The translations under genes and the position numbers were made by a program. Shown here piece by piece: positions 10,366 through 19,530 of a stretch of DNA of 64,000 nt. The notes beneath the pieces were generated by a model. That model saw only the letters and a list, made by a program, of their open reading frames with translations. It did not search any database and had not been told where the DNA came from. This DNA is from Longimicrobiales bacterium (lineage in GTDB: Bacteria; Gemmatimonadota; Gemmatimonadetes; Longimicrobiales; Gaopeijiaceae), in the NCBI GenBank assembly GCA_963664435.2, contig CAXXKM010000003.1:32001-96000 (forward strand). The letters are read 5' to 3'. Positions within the stretch are counted from its first letter, which is position 1. Each line of letters opens with the position of its first letter.

Positions 10366-10457
10366 TCGATTCCTCTCGTGATGGACCGCACGATCTGCGC
10401 GTCCGAAACTTCGCTGAGCGGTGTTGCTCGCGCGAGATCCAGCCCTGGCCGCAGCCA

Positions 10458-12026
10458 TCAGCGGCTCGGACCCTGATCGCGGTCCGGTCCCGGGCGGCGC
10501 ATCAGATACGGAGGCCGCGCGGTCTCGCGACGGTGGATGTCCCGGAATATTCGGCCAAGCGTGTCGCCAGCGCGTCGAGCCGCTCGATTTGCATCAGCAA
10601 GGCTTCGTACTCCGCGCTCTGCCGCTCGACGTGCTGCCGCAAGGCTTCGATCTCTCCGCCTTGCCGCTCGACGTGCCCTTGCAAGGCTTCGACCTGCTCG
10701 GAGTGCCGCCGCTGTTCCGTTTCGTACTGCGCGGACAGCCTCCGCAAGGCCCTCGTCAACTGCTCCTCTAACGCGGTCATAAACCTCCTTTACTCGTTCG
10801 ACAGCTTCAACGCCGGAAGGTGCCCGTCCACCCACCAGGGCGGATCGGCCAGCACCCCGTCCGGCACCACCACGAACCGCTCGCCCTCGATCTCGTGGAA
10901 CACGAGCCCCCAGGTGTCCTCCTCCAGCTGGGCCAGCGTCCGCCGGGCGTCCTCGATGTCCCGGTTCAGTTCGGCGCGGGTCACGATCCGGTCCTGAATG
11001 CTCCCCGCCAACCAGCGCATCGTCGCCCAGCTTCCGCCGAAGAAACCGATCCAAAGGCTCAGGCCGACGATCAGCGGCCGTTGCCACGCCTTGACCAGCA
11101 ACTCGCGCATCTTGCCGGTCGCCTCCTCCGTATCGCGCTCGATGGTACGCAGCGCGCTCCTCGCGACGCGCCGCGAGTGCTCGGCGAGCCTTTCGAGCTC
11201 GTTCGCGGTCAACTCCTCGATCTCCCTGCGCTCGCTCTCCAGCCGCATTCGCAGCCGTTCGGTCAAATCGTTCGCGTTGGAAATCAACTCCGTACAGTTC
11301 TCCTTTCAGTCGCCACCGGTCTCCGGTTTCGGGGTCCAGCGCGGTGATGTAGTCCATGCCCTGGCGCGGCACTTCAAGGCCCGCCTCCCGCAGCGCGGCG
11401 ACAACATCGCGGCGGTCTTTGACCGCACCGTGCTCGACACGCTGGAGCAGGTAGTCCCGGATCAGGTCGCGGGGGGACGATTCGAGCCGTAGTCCGGCCC
11501 GCAGCCGGGTCGCCTCGATGTAGGCGCGGTGGCCGGGGTGTTGCACTCTGGCCCGCTCCGGGTCGTCGGGTCGGCTCCAGCCGTGCTCGTGGTTGAAGGC
11601 GTCTCGGAGCGGATCGAACGTCCGCTGCCAACCCGGAGGCGCGATGTTGAGGCTTCGGCCGGTCTCCAGGTCGCACCGAGCGGCGAGGACATGGACGTGA
11701 GCGCCTCCGCCCTCCTCACGGTGCAGGACGGCTGCCCAGGCATAGCGGTCGGGCTCCAGCCCCGCCCAAGCCGTCTTCTCGAACTCGTCGAGCACAGCCT
11801 CGATCTGCTCGTCGGTGGGGTGGTCGTCCGGTGCCCAGGCGATTACGCCGGAGGTGTACCTGTGCTCGAAGTCGAGCGAGTCGGCCACCGAAGCCACCAT
11901 GTCCGGGTTCCCGCGCAGCACCTCGACGCCTTCGCGAGGCTTCCCGGTGGCGTCCCGCTCCCCGAGGAGGTAGCCTGCCGCATTGCCGGCCGAGCCGGTC
12001 CCGTGCGCGAGAAACTTAATGTGCAT
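10458..12026 (-). CDS. mobA: Relaxase, ColE1 MbeA/MobA-like (MOB_P family)
   Basis: Starts MHIKFLAHGTG..AGYLL (catalytic Tyr), 'EVLRGNP', 'YTSGVIAW', 'LHREEGGGAHVH'; long low-complexity C-terminal tail overlapping two other ORFs. Confidence 0.88.
   Translation of the reverse strand: MHIKFLAHGTGSAGNAAGYLLGERDATGKPREGVEVLRGNPDMVASVADSLDFEHRYTSGVIAWAPDDHPTDEQIEAVLDEFEKTAWAGLEPDRYAWAAVLHREEGGGAHVHVLAARCDLETGRSLNIAPPGWQRTFDPLRDAFNHEHGWSRPDDPERARVQHPGHRAYIEATRLRAGLRLESSPRDLIRDYLLQRVEHGAVKDRRDVVAALREAGLEVPRQGMDYITALDPETGDRWRLKGELYGVDFQRERFDRTAANAAGERAQGDRGVDRERARKARRALAARREERAAYHRARYGGGDRQDARVAGQGVATAADRRPEPLDRFLRRKLGDDALVGGEHSGPDRDPRRTEPGHRGRPADAGPAGGGHLGARVPRDRGRAVRGGAGRGAGRSALVGGRAPSGVEAVERVKEVYDRVRGAVDEGLAEAVRAVRNGTAAALRAGRSLARARRAARRRDRSLAAARRAAERGVRSLADANRAARRAGDTLGRIFRDIHRRETARPPYLMRRPGPDRDQGPSR
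10502..10780 (-). CDS. MbeD/MobD-like coiled-coil protein nested in the relaxase gene
   Basis: 'MTALEEQLTRAL' resembles the MbeD N-terminus; strong RBS (AAGGAGG) upstream; same position as in ColE1. Confidence 0.65.
   Translation of the reverse strand: MTALEEQLTRALRRLSAQYETEQRRHSEQVEALQGHVERQGGEIEALRQHVERQSAEYEALLMQIERLDALATRLAEYSGTSTVARPRGLRI
10790..11287 (-). CDS. MbeB/MobB-like membrane-anchored protein nested in the relaxase gene
   Basis: Coiled coil plus one TM segment and 'TWGL..E..GERFVVVP' C-term; alternate frame inside the relaxase as in ColE1. Confidence 0.65.
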   Translation of the reverse strand: MISNANDLTERLRMRLESERREIEELTANELERLAEHSRRVARSALRTIERDTEEATGKMRELLVKAWQRPLIVGLSLWIGFFGGSWATMRWLAGSIQDRIVTRAELNRDIEDARRTLAQLEEDTWGLVFHEIEGERFVVVPDGVLADPPWWVDGHLPALKLSNE

Positions 12027-12354
12027 CGCGCTCCGGATTCTCGAATCGAGCCAGCGCGCCGAGCGCGCGCTCGATGGCAACCAGACGGGCGAGGACCTCG
12101 ACGGCCTCGGCCGCCCCCTTGTGGGTGTTCGCCCATTTGGCGATCTGGTTGAGGTTGTTCCCGATCCGCGACACCTGCCGGGTGCGCTCGCGCTCGACCT
12201 CGGCCGCGCGTGCGGTCCAAGTCCGTGTACGGGCCACGGCCCGCCGGATCAGCGCCGAGAGCGGTACGCCGGCGGCCTTCGCCTTGGCCCGCCAGTCGGC
12301 GGACTCGCCCGGCGTCAGGCGGACGGCAACCAGAACCGGTCGGCGTCTAGCCAT
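12016..12354 (-). CDS. mobC: Relaxosome accessory protein MobC
   Basis: RHH N-terminus and 'RIGNNLNQIAKWAN' MobC signature; directly upstream of relaxase. Confidence 0.92.
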   Translation of the reverse strand: MARRRPVLVAVRLTPGESADWRAKAKAAGVPLSALIRRAVARTRTWTARAAEVERERTRQVSRIGNNLNQIAKWANTHKGAAEAVEVLARLVAIERALGALARFENPERDAH

Positions 12355-12426
12355 CGGGATGCGCCGTCACGGGGGGAACGGGGGCGACGCCCCCGCCCGC
12401 GCAATCCATCGGAGCGCGGGTCTGTT

Positions 12427-12488
12427 GGGGATCGAAGGGGCAACGTCCCTCGCCAGCCCCGCGGTTATACCGGGGGTAGGCTGGCTTA
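12427..12488 (+). promoter_or_regulatory. Putative oriT 1
   Basis: Upstream of mobC; hairpin GCCAGCC...GGCTGGC ending in CTGGCTTA (12481-12488), matching the ColE1-type nic sequence CTGG/CTTA. Confidence 0.75.
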
Positions 12489-13241
12489 CCGGCATTAGCC
12501 GCGTCCGACATCCCCGTCGGCGACGGATCCGAGACCCGGCGGCGGCCACCGCCAATGCGGTGGCAGAGCACCTCCGCGAACGCTTCGGAGAAGCCGTTCA
12601 ACGGGCGTCGCGGAGCCCAGCCGCCGCTGGGATGGAGACCCGCGATGCCGGGCCGTCCATGTACCCGGGAAGCCGGAGCGGAGACTGATCCCCGCCAGCG
12701 CCCCTGTCGGGGGACGCGGGCATCGGTTCCGCCGTGGGATAGATCAAACTGAACTGCGCGTCTCCTCCCGCGTTTCGCCTCGTATGGTTGCACTACCCTT
12801 CCACCCTTCGGTGACCCGAAGGGCGACATCCTACGGATTGCATCCGCAAAAGGTTTCATTCCGGCCGGGGGGTACCTGAGCGACCGTCGCGATAGCGTCT
12901 CCTCTCCGCCCGGTGTCGATCTGCCATCAACACTGTCATGCGGTTGCGACACACACGCTGTCCGGCACCGGACCGACACCGCAGAATCGGTCCGACATGG
13001 TCCCCTCTCTCTGGATGTTGCCGCACCGCCTTGCAGCCCCGGCTAGGACCGGATAGACTCACCCGCGATGCGGACATTCGCTACCCTGCGGCGCGGCTCG
13101 AACCCATTCGGCGGGCAGAGAAATGCATCTACTAAGGAATCCCCTCGTTCCGTCGCGGACGCCAGGCAGGTCGGGATTGTTTCCGCATCCGCGCCGTGAC
13201 AGGCGACGACACGCCGGAAGCAGCCGAAAGGAAGTAGGCCA

Positions 13242-15062
13242 GTGAATGTCAACCTGCGAAGCCTGACCGACCTCTTTGTGCAGCCGGTCCAGTACGAGAT
13301 CCCCAGGTTTCAACGGCCGTACGTCTGGAACAGGGATAGGCAGTGGGTGCCTCTCTGGGTTGATGTCCAGCACACGGCCGAACGCATCCTCGTGGCAGAG
13401 CGCGGGGGCTCGCCGCAACCCCAGCCTCATTTCATGGGCGCGGTCGTCTTCCAGCAGATTCCCAACGTGACCGGCTCGCTCACGCGACGGATCGTGGTGG
13501 ATGGGCAGCAGCGGTTGACCACGCTTCAGCTTCTCCTTGACGCGGCCCAGGAGGTATTCGAAGGAAGCGGAATCGCCGAACCGGCCGCGCGGCTTACGGC
13601 GCTGGTACTGAATCAGGCTGCGTTTTGCGGGGACAGGTCCGACAACGCGTTCAAGGTATGGCCCACCGACGCAGACCAGGCCCCTTTCCGACAAGCGATG
13701 ACCAACGACTCGCCGAGTGCCGAGTGGGCCAATTCGCGGGTCGTCGAGGCTCACCAGTTCTTTCGGGACCAAATCGAGCAGTGGCTCCGAGAAGGCGAGG
13801 AGGGGCTGGACGAGGGTTCGACTTCGACAGCAAGGGCGGAGGCGCTTGAGCAGGCTCTCTCGCGTCTGCTAGAGCTGGTCGTCATCGACCTCCGTTCATC
13901 GGACGATCCCCACATCATCTTTGAGACGCTGAACGCCCGAGGGACGCCCCTTCGCCAGTCCGACCTGATGAAGAACATGATTCTCCATGAAGCGGGGAAG
14001 GCTGGTGTCGGCGACGAAGTGGGTTGGCCACTCGAAGATGTTTGGTGGGACGAGGACATTCGCCAGGGCCGCCTGAACCGGCCTCGCGCCGACGTGTTCC
14101 TGAACTACTGGCTCGTGATGCGCGCCCTTCAAGAGGTCCGCGCGGCCGACATCTTTTCGACGTTCCGACGCCGGTACAAGCAGGGGAGCCATGGTGCGAT
14201 TGAGGAAATCGCAGCCGATGTCAAGATCGTCGCTGCGGCCTATCGGCGGCTGGAAGCCGACGAACTGGATGGTGTGTGGACGGTGTTTTCCTATCGCTGG
14301 AAGACCATGCAGGCGGCGGTCGTTACCCCGATCCTGCTGTGGTTGCTGGCGTCCGACGTGGAGCCAACGCATGTCTCCAGGGCTCTCAAGGCGATGGAGA
14401 GTTATCTGGTCCGCAGGATGGTGTGTCGTATGACCACCAGAGGCTACAACAGGATGTTCGTCGATCTCCTGCGTCGGCTCGATCAGGCGGGTCCGGAGAG
14501 AGCGGGCGATACGGTCATCCAGTTCTTGGGCGAGCGGGAGGCGTACGGGACACTCTGGCCCGTCGACAACCTGGTGCTAGACGCGATATCGAATAAGCCT
14601 CTCTACCGCCTGCTGACTCGCGGGCGGCTGAGGATGGTCCTGGAGGGGATTGAGCAGGAATTGCGGACCACCAAGGCCGAAGACCAGACGGTCCCGAAGG
14701 GGTTGACGATCGAGCACGTAATGCCTCGGAGTTGGCGGGCCAAATGGCCGCAACCGAAGCCCGGCACGGGGCCGGAAGGGCCGGAAGATAGGCGGTGGCG
14801 GTTGCTCGACTCGCTCGGTAATCTGACCCTACTGACTCAGCCTTTGAATTCGGAACTCTCCAACGGACCTTGGGCGGACAAGCGAAAGGGGATATCCTGT
14901 CACAGTACGCTCTTCCTCAACAAGGACTTGCTGCGACATTCCTCGCGAGACGACCAGTGGGACGAGGAGGGGATCCACGTTAGGGCGACTCGGCTCCATA
15001 GGGCCTTCGTGAAGGCATGGCCTCACTTCGCCGAGATTGGCGCGGCCGGGGCGGCGAGGTAA
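13242..15062 (+). CDS. GmrSD-type (DUF262 + DUF1524/HNH) modification-dependent restriction endonuclease
   Basis: 'IPRFQRPYVW', 'VVDGQQRLTT', 'FETLNARG', C-term 'TIEHVMP' and 'LGNLTLL..N'. Confidence 0.9.
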   Translation: MNVNLRSLTDLFVQPVQYEIPRFQRPYVWNRDRQWVPLWVDVQHTAERILVAERGGSPQPQPHFMGAVVFQQIPNVTGSLTRRIVVDGQQRLTTLQLLLDAAQEVFEGSGIAEPAARLTALVLNQAAFCGDRSDNAFKVWPTDADQAPFRQAMTNDSPSAEWANSRVVEAHQFFRDQIEQWLREGEEGLDEGSTSTARAEALEQALSRLLELVVIDLRSSDDPHIIFETLNARGTPLRQSDLMKNMILHEAGKAGVGDEVGWPLEDVWWDEDIRQGRLNRPRADVFLNYWLVMRALQEVRAADIFSTFRRRYKQGSHGAIEEIAADVKIVAAAYRRLEADELDGVWTVFSYRWKTMQAAVVTPILLWLLASDVEPTHVSRALKAMESYLVRRMVCRMTTRGYNRMFVDLLRRLDQAGPERAGDTVIQFLGEREAYGTLWPVDNLVLDAISNKPLYRLLTRGRLRMVLEGIEQELRTTKAEDQTVPKGLTIEHVMPRSWRAKWPQPKPGTGPEGPEDRRWRLLDSLGNLTLLTQPLNSELSNGPWADKRKGISCHSTLFLNKDLLRHSSRDDQWDEEGIHVRATRLHRAFVKAWPHFAEIGAAGAAR

Positions 15063-15167
15063 AGCGAGGCTAATCGGTCAGGTCAGCCCGGCCTCCGATA
15101 CACTCGCGAAGAGCGGTCTCGGCGGCTTGGGTTGCCCGTATCGACCCTACTAAACGTCCGGCCCCCG

Positions 15168-15425
15168 TCAGGCAACGTCGTGCTTCTTGATCCAGTCGCG
15201 CAGGGCGTGGTCGATCCGTGTCTGCCAACCCCGCCCTCCGGCACGGAAATGGTCGATGACCTCCCGGGACAACCGGATGGTAGTCGATACCTTCGGTCGC
15301 GCTTTGGGGGGACGCCCCCGGCGTACGGGCGCCTTGGCGAACTTCTCCGGCCAGCCGTCCTTCGAGAGATCGGGGGCTGTGTCGGGTTCAAAACCTCGGG
15401 CCGTAGAGCTGTCGTTCTCTTTCAT
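15168..15425 (-). CDS. brnA: BrnA-family antitoxin
   Basis: 'RGRPPKARPKVSTTIRL...FRAGGRGWQTRIDHALR' signature. Confidence 0.9.
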   Translation of the reverse strand: MKENDSSTARGFEPDTAPDLSKDGWPEKFAKAPVRRGRPPKARPKVSTTIRLSREVIDHFRAGGRGWQTRIDHALRDWIKKHDVA

Positions 15426-15657
15426 TGGCCCTCCTCATGCTGATGATCCTGTGTGCGTCGTCGCGGCGCGTCCAGATGAGTACCACCATCGCCTCGTCCA
15501 GAAAGCCGATGGTGATGTAGCGAACCTCGCCGTAGTCCTGCCGATCGTCCTCAACGGTCAGCGTCGGGCCGGCGAACACGTCCGCTGCACGGGCCATGTC
15601 CAGCCCTCGGGCCTTGATCGTCTCCGCGCGCTTTGCCCCGTCGAACTCGATCCGCAT
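15388..15657 (-). CDS. brnT: BrnT-family ribonuclease toxin
   Basis: 'EFDGAK', 'DYGEVRYITIG', 'RIISMRRANERE'. Confidence 0.9.
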   Translation of the reverse strand: MRIEFDGAKRAETIKARGLDMARAADVFAGPTLTVEDDRQDYGEVRYITIGFLDEAMVVLIWTRRDDAHRIISMRRANERERQLYGPRF

Positions 15658-15660
15658 GAT

Positions 15661-15689
15661 TAATGTTACTACAGAAATTGCGCTGTCAA
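15661..15689 (-). promoter_or_regulatory. Putative brnTA promoter/operator (possibly leaderless transcript)
   Basis: Minus strand TTGACA (15689-15684) ... TGTAGTAACA ... only 5 nt before the ATG; -35/-10 spacing is short (15 bp). Confidence 0.4.
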
Positions 15690-15827
15690 GCCCAGTCCCC
15701 GGTCGCTGAGGAGCTCATGACAGAGGACCGAGGCGTCCAAGTGGACGGCGAGCATGGACATATCCCCGGTCGGGCAGTGAAGTTGAGTAATATGATCGGC
15801 AACGGCCTCTCGAACACACGGCGAACG

Positions 15828-16286
15828 GTGACCCCCAACGAGTTCATTGCGAAGTGGCACGCCTCGGAGCTGAAGGAACGCTCCGCGGCGCAGGAGCACT
15901 TCATCGACCTGTGCCGCCTGCTCGGCGAACCCACCCCGGCGGAGGCCGACCCGAAGGGCGACCACTACTGCTTCGAGCGCGGAGCCCTCAAGGACTCCGG
16001 CGGGGGAGGCTGGGCGGACGTGTGGAAGCGCCACTGCTTCGCCTGGGAGTACAAGGGGAAGCACGCGGACCTCGACGCCGCGTTCGACCAGTTGCGGCAG
16101 TACGCGCTTGCGCTGGAGAACCCACCACTCCTCATCGTCTCCGACATGCGCCGGTTCCGGATCCGGACGAACTCCGTGAGCAAGACACACGAGTTTGGGT
16201 GCGGCAAGCTCCATCGTTTGACGGCGGCTATCGACCAAACGAGGGGACGGCTGAAGTGGCCTTCGTTGAGACACCGCAGACAATAG
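15828..16286 (+). pseudogene. N-terminal remnant of an MmeI-like type IIG/IIL restriction-modification enzyme
   Basis: 'TPNEFIAKW..ELKERSAAQEHFIDLC', 'WADVWKRHCFAWEYKG', 'NPPLLIVSD'; similarity ends ~16197 with no methylase motifs following. Confidence 0.8.
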
Positions 16287-16295
16287 GGAGACACG

Positions 16296-17147
16296 ATGTA
16301 TGTCATGAAGAGAACCATCGCCACGACTCACCGTGACCGGCACGGCGATGTGATCACGCGTGAAGCGCTTGAGGATATGGCCGAGCAAGCGTCTCGGCGC
16401 TGCATCCCCCTGATGTACGAGCATGACCCACGCTTTCCTCCGGTGGGCCGCACGCTGTCGGCTGAGGTGGTTCGGTTGCCAGACGGCCACCATGCTCTCG
16501 TTGCGACATCGGAGATGTTCGAGCCGGGCGACGTAGCGCCTCCCTTTGAGGGAGGTCCATCGATTGAGCTGGGCAAGCTGGCAGATGGGATCAATCTCGT
16601 AGTGGACCGCAGCCATCTCGACGAATCCAACCGAGAGGTTCTTGCCGAACTCGCGGCGCAGGGCGTGACGATTGAACGCTACGCCAAGAAGTCGCTTGAA
16701 CCAATCAGCGTGCTCGTGCTGGCGTTCGCAATCATGGCGCACGGCTTCTTCGGAAAGATGGGGGCCGACCTTTGGGACGCGGTTCGTGATGCTGATTGGT
16801 CTGCCGTCTGGACTCGCGTCCGCAAGCTCTTGAGCCATCGGCGCCGAACAGGAAGCGAGTTCCTGTTCGTGCTTGAACTGCGCCTCCGCGACGATCCGCA
16901 CCCACTGGCGTTGAGCGTCATTCTTGACAGCCCTACCGATGAGGAGCTGGATGACTTCATGGTCAGCGGCGAGCCATTGATTCGTGAAATGATCCCGCAT
17001 CTTCTGGCACTCGGCGACGAGGTTACCAAGGCGGTGGTGCGATACGAACGTGGAGAGCTGCGACCCGGATACGTGATCCGTAGCGACGGGTACCCAGGCC
17101 AACTCGAAAGGATCAATCCGGAAGAGTTAGCCAGCGGGCTATCATAA
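16296..17147 (+). CDS. Hypothetical protein; N-terminus resembles a phage prohead-protease fold, central hydrophobic helix
   Basis: Clear RBS (AGGGAG) before ATG; 'DRHGDVITREAL...PLMYEHD..PPVGR'; the domain call is by eye only. Confidence 0.7.
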   Translation: MYVMKRTIATTHRDRHGDVITREALEDMAEQASRRCIPLMYEHDPRFPPVGRTLSAEVVRLPDGHHALVATSEMFEPGDVAPPFEGGPSIELGKLADGINLVVDRSHLDESNREVLAELAAQGVTIERYAKKSLEPISVLVLAFAIMAHGFFGKMGADLWDAVRDADWSAVWTRVRKLLSHRRRTGSEFLFVLELRLRDDPHPLALSVILDSPTDEELDDFMVSGEPLIREMIPHLLALGDEVTKAVVRYERGELRPGYVIRSDGYPGQLERINPEELASGLS

Positions 17148-17448
17148 GGCGGCGGGACTCTCGCTCCCGGCGCGTCTTCGCACCTACAGGTTTCCGAGTT
17201 CCCAGCCGAGCAGTTCGCGCGTCTCATGGTCCAAGTCTCTGAGGACGTCGGGACCCAGCCCTACCACGACGCGCCGCAGCCTCCGATTCAACTCCTCGGC
17301 CTCGGCCTCGACCTTGGGCGGCTCGTCAAGCTCCCGGCCGAGCCTTTCCAAAGCGATGATCGGTGAATGCTCGCACGCCCAACGGGTCGCGGGCGATCCA
17401 AGAGGCTAGCCCAACCTCACCTGTTTCCAAGGGGTGAGACTACTCATT

Positions 17449-17667
17449 TTACAGCCTGCTGTATTGGTATGCTCCCTTGATGTTCTCGTTGAGATATTCT
17501 CCCTTCGACTCGGCCTGTCGGAACTCATCAAATCGCCACTCCTCCACGTCGTAGTAAACGTATGTGGCTCCAGACTTCAAGAAGCGCACATGAACCTGCT
17601 GAGTATCGACATCGTATCCAATGGCTTCAATGTTGGATGAATCCACATAGTGCATATCGATCATCAT
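17449..17667 (-). CDS. KTSC domain protein
   Basis: 'VDSSNIEAIGYD...VRF...YVYYDV....F..AESKGEYLNENIKG.Y.Y' KTSC pattern; ATGA overlap with herA stop. Confidence 0.92.
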   Translation of the reverse strand: MMIDMHYVDSSNIEAIGYDVDTQQVHVRFLKSGATYVYYDVEEWRFDEFRQAESKGEYLNENIKGAYQYSRL

Positions 17668-19529
17668 TCCTGCTCCTGTTTCTGTTTAGCGGGGTCGTGA
17701 TTTCCATTCGGCACGCTCTGCGCCCTCCATCCTGCGACCGCATCCGAATATAGCGAGGACTCAGGCCGTACGCCCTTTTGCCACACGTCGGGAAGTGCCG
17801 GATCATCTCCGATCGGCTTGTGTCGCGCGCGGCGAATCCGCACTCGTGACGGGATTGCCATCACCGCACCAACAAAGATGCCTTCACCAGTTCTCAACGA
17901 CGGAAGCTGTTCTGCAAGACCACCCAACTCATCGGGCAGCGCACCGGCCACGATGCCCTTGTCAGCACGATTGGTCGTACGCAGTGCTACCATTGACCCG
18001 CACTGACTCAGCGCAGAACGTGCTATTTCGGACGGCCGCTGCGTGACCAACAAGAGACCGGTGCCGTATTTCCTCCCCTCCTTAGCGATCATCGATACGG
18101 TCCGATGGGCTGGCGAGTCTTTCCCTCGTGGTACAAACAAGTGAGCTTCGTCTAGGACGATTAGCAACGGCTGCTCCCGACCACCGATCGGGAGACTCTG
18201 CGCCCAGAACAGCACGTCGTACACGATTCGAAGAACGGTACCGACAACTGTCGGTAACACTTCTGAAGGCAATCCGGATACGTCGAGTACCGTGATCGGC
18301 CGATCATGGCCGACCCAGCCTGCAACCAACGCATCGATATCGGAGTCCACTTTTCCATCGAGATGGGGCGAGAATCCATCCCCTGGCGCAAAGAGAAAAG
18401 AATACCGACCATCCCGTAACCGGCTTCGCATTAGATCGAGGTGGCGGTCGATGTTGCGCTTTTTTTGATTCATGTACGGCGGTTTGTTGTACGGGGTAAC
18501 CGCTGGGTATACATCGGGTGTCAGCGTCTCCGCGTCGCCAGTCGTCTCTGGTGGGTATGCGTTCTCATCGGATTGGTTGCTCGACTTGGGGAAAGTCATC
18601 CGCTCGAATCTATCAAGCTCATACCATAGCCTCTTGATGCTGAAGGGTATCGGCGAGTCGGCAGTCAGAGCCTCCACGGGAGGTGGTTCATGCAAGTAGC
18701 GTGACGCTTGGGTTTTCAGAGCAAGCACCGCGTCTCTGACAGAAACCTCGTGGTTCGGCTGGAGATCTCCGAGGGTCAACATCTGAAGTTCGCGAAAAGG
18801 CAGGGCCCAAAACGGGACCCAAAGCGGCTGTTCATCCGTGCCTGCCTCAGCCCCCACGCGAAACACTTTCGCGTGGTTCTCCAGTGCAGCGCCGTATTCT
18901 CCGTGAGGATCAATAACGAGGGCTCGCGCTCTCGGCAGCCTGCTGTCCGCTAGAGCTTCGAGCAGGACAGAAACGAGATTAGACTTGCCAGCACCTGTGG
19001 AACCCACTACAGCGCAGTGGCGACTCACAAGGCCGGCGATGTCGATACCCGCCGAGATGTTAGCCGTACCAGCGATGGTACCGACCGAGATTCCACCGTG
19101 TTCCATACCGGTAGAGCCATAGATGAGTCTGGCATCGCTGTTGGTTACAACGTGAACTTCATCACCGACAGTGGGGTATTGACTCACACCTCTTTCGAAA
19201 TCACCACCGATGGCTTCGCCGAACAACATTACCGTCATCCATCGGTAGCCCATGAGTATTGGGTCAATCGCCTCGTCAGCGATGCGTTCGTTGGAAAAAG
19301 CATTGGCAATGCTGGCTGGCATCGCGTCGGCACCCGTTTGTGTGCACACAGCATAGATGTCGGTGTACCCGATCGGTAAGCGAACGAACCCGCCGACTTG
19401 ACCCACGCGATACGACTCTCCACCGATGAGCAAAAGGGTGGATGGCATGTCGTCACGCAAACGGACACGAACGGTCGCGCCCGTGACAGACGCGACACGC
19501 CCGATGTATGTAGGCTCAGTGCGTGACAT
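17664..19529 (-). CDS. herA: HerA/FtsK-family ATPase (HAS barrel + DUF87)
   Basis: Walker A 'GSTGAGKS', Walker B 'IVLDEAH', 'EGRKYG', 'TQRPSE'. Confidence 0.92.
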   Translation of the reverse strand: MSRTEPTYIGRVASVTGATVRVRLRDDMPSTLLLIGGESYRVGQVGGFVRLPIGYTDIYAVCTQTGADAMPASIANAFSNERIADEAIDPILMGYRWMTVMLFGEAIGGDFERGVSQYPTVGDEVHVVTNSDARLIYGSTGMEHGGISVGTIAGTANISAGIDIAGLVSRHCAVVGSTGAGKSNLVSVLLEALADSRLPRARALVIDPHGEYGAALENHAKVFRVGAEAGTDEQPLWVPFWALPFRELQMLTLGDLQPNHEVSVRDAVLALKTQASRYLHEPPPVEALTADSPIPFSIKRLWYELDRFERMTFPKSSNQSDENAYPPETTGDAETLTPDVYPAVTPYNKPPYMNQKKRNIDRHLDLMRSRLRDGRYSFLFAPGDGFSPHLDGKVDSDIDALVAGWVGHDRPITVLDVSGLPSEVLPTVVGTVLRIVYDVLFWAQSLPIGGREQPLLIVLDEAHLFVPRGKDSPAHRTVSMIAKEGRKYGTGLLLVTQRPSEIARSALSQCGSMVALRTTNRADKGIVAGALPDELGGLAEQLPSLRTGEGIFVGAVMAIPSRVRIRRARHKPIGDDPALPDVWQKGVRPESSLYSDAVAGWRAQSVPNGNHDPAKQKQEQE

Positions 19530-19530
19530 C

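Noticed and set aside
12700..13240. Possible replication origin or ncRNA between oriT and gmrSD (hairpin near 12803-12823)
   Set aside because: Only one modest hairpin, no iterons and no rep gene
17186..17370. Minus-strand coding-like stretch (...LERLGRELDEPPKVEAEAEELNRRLRR...ELGNL*)
   Set aside because: Looks like a gene 3' remnant but has no clear start and no family I can recognise
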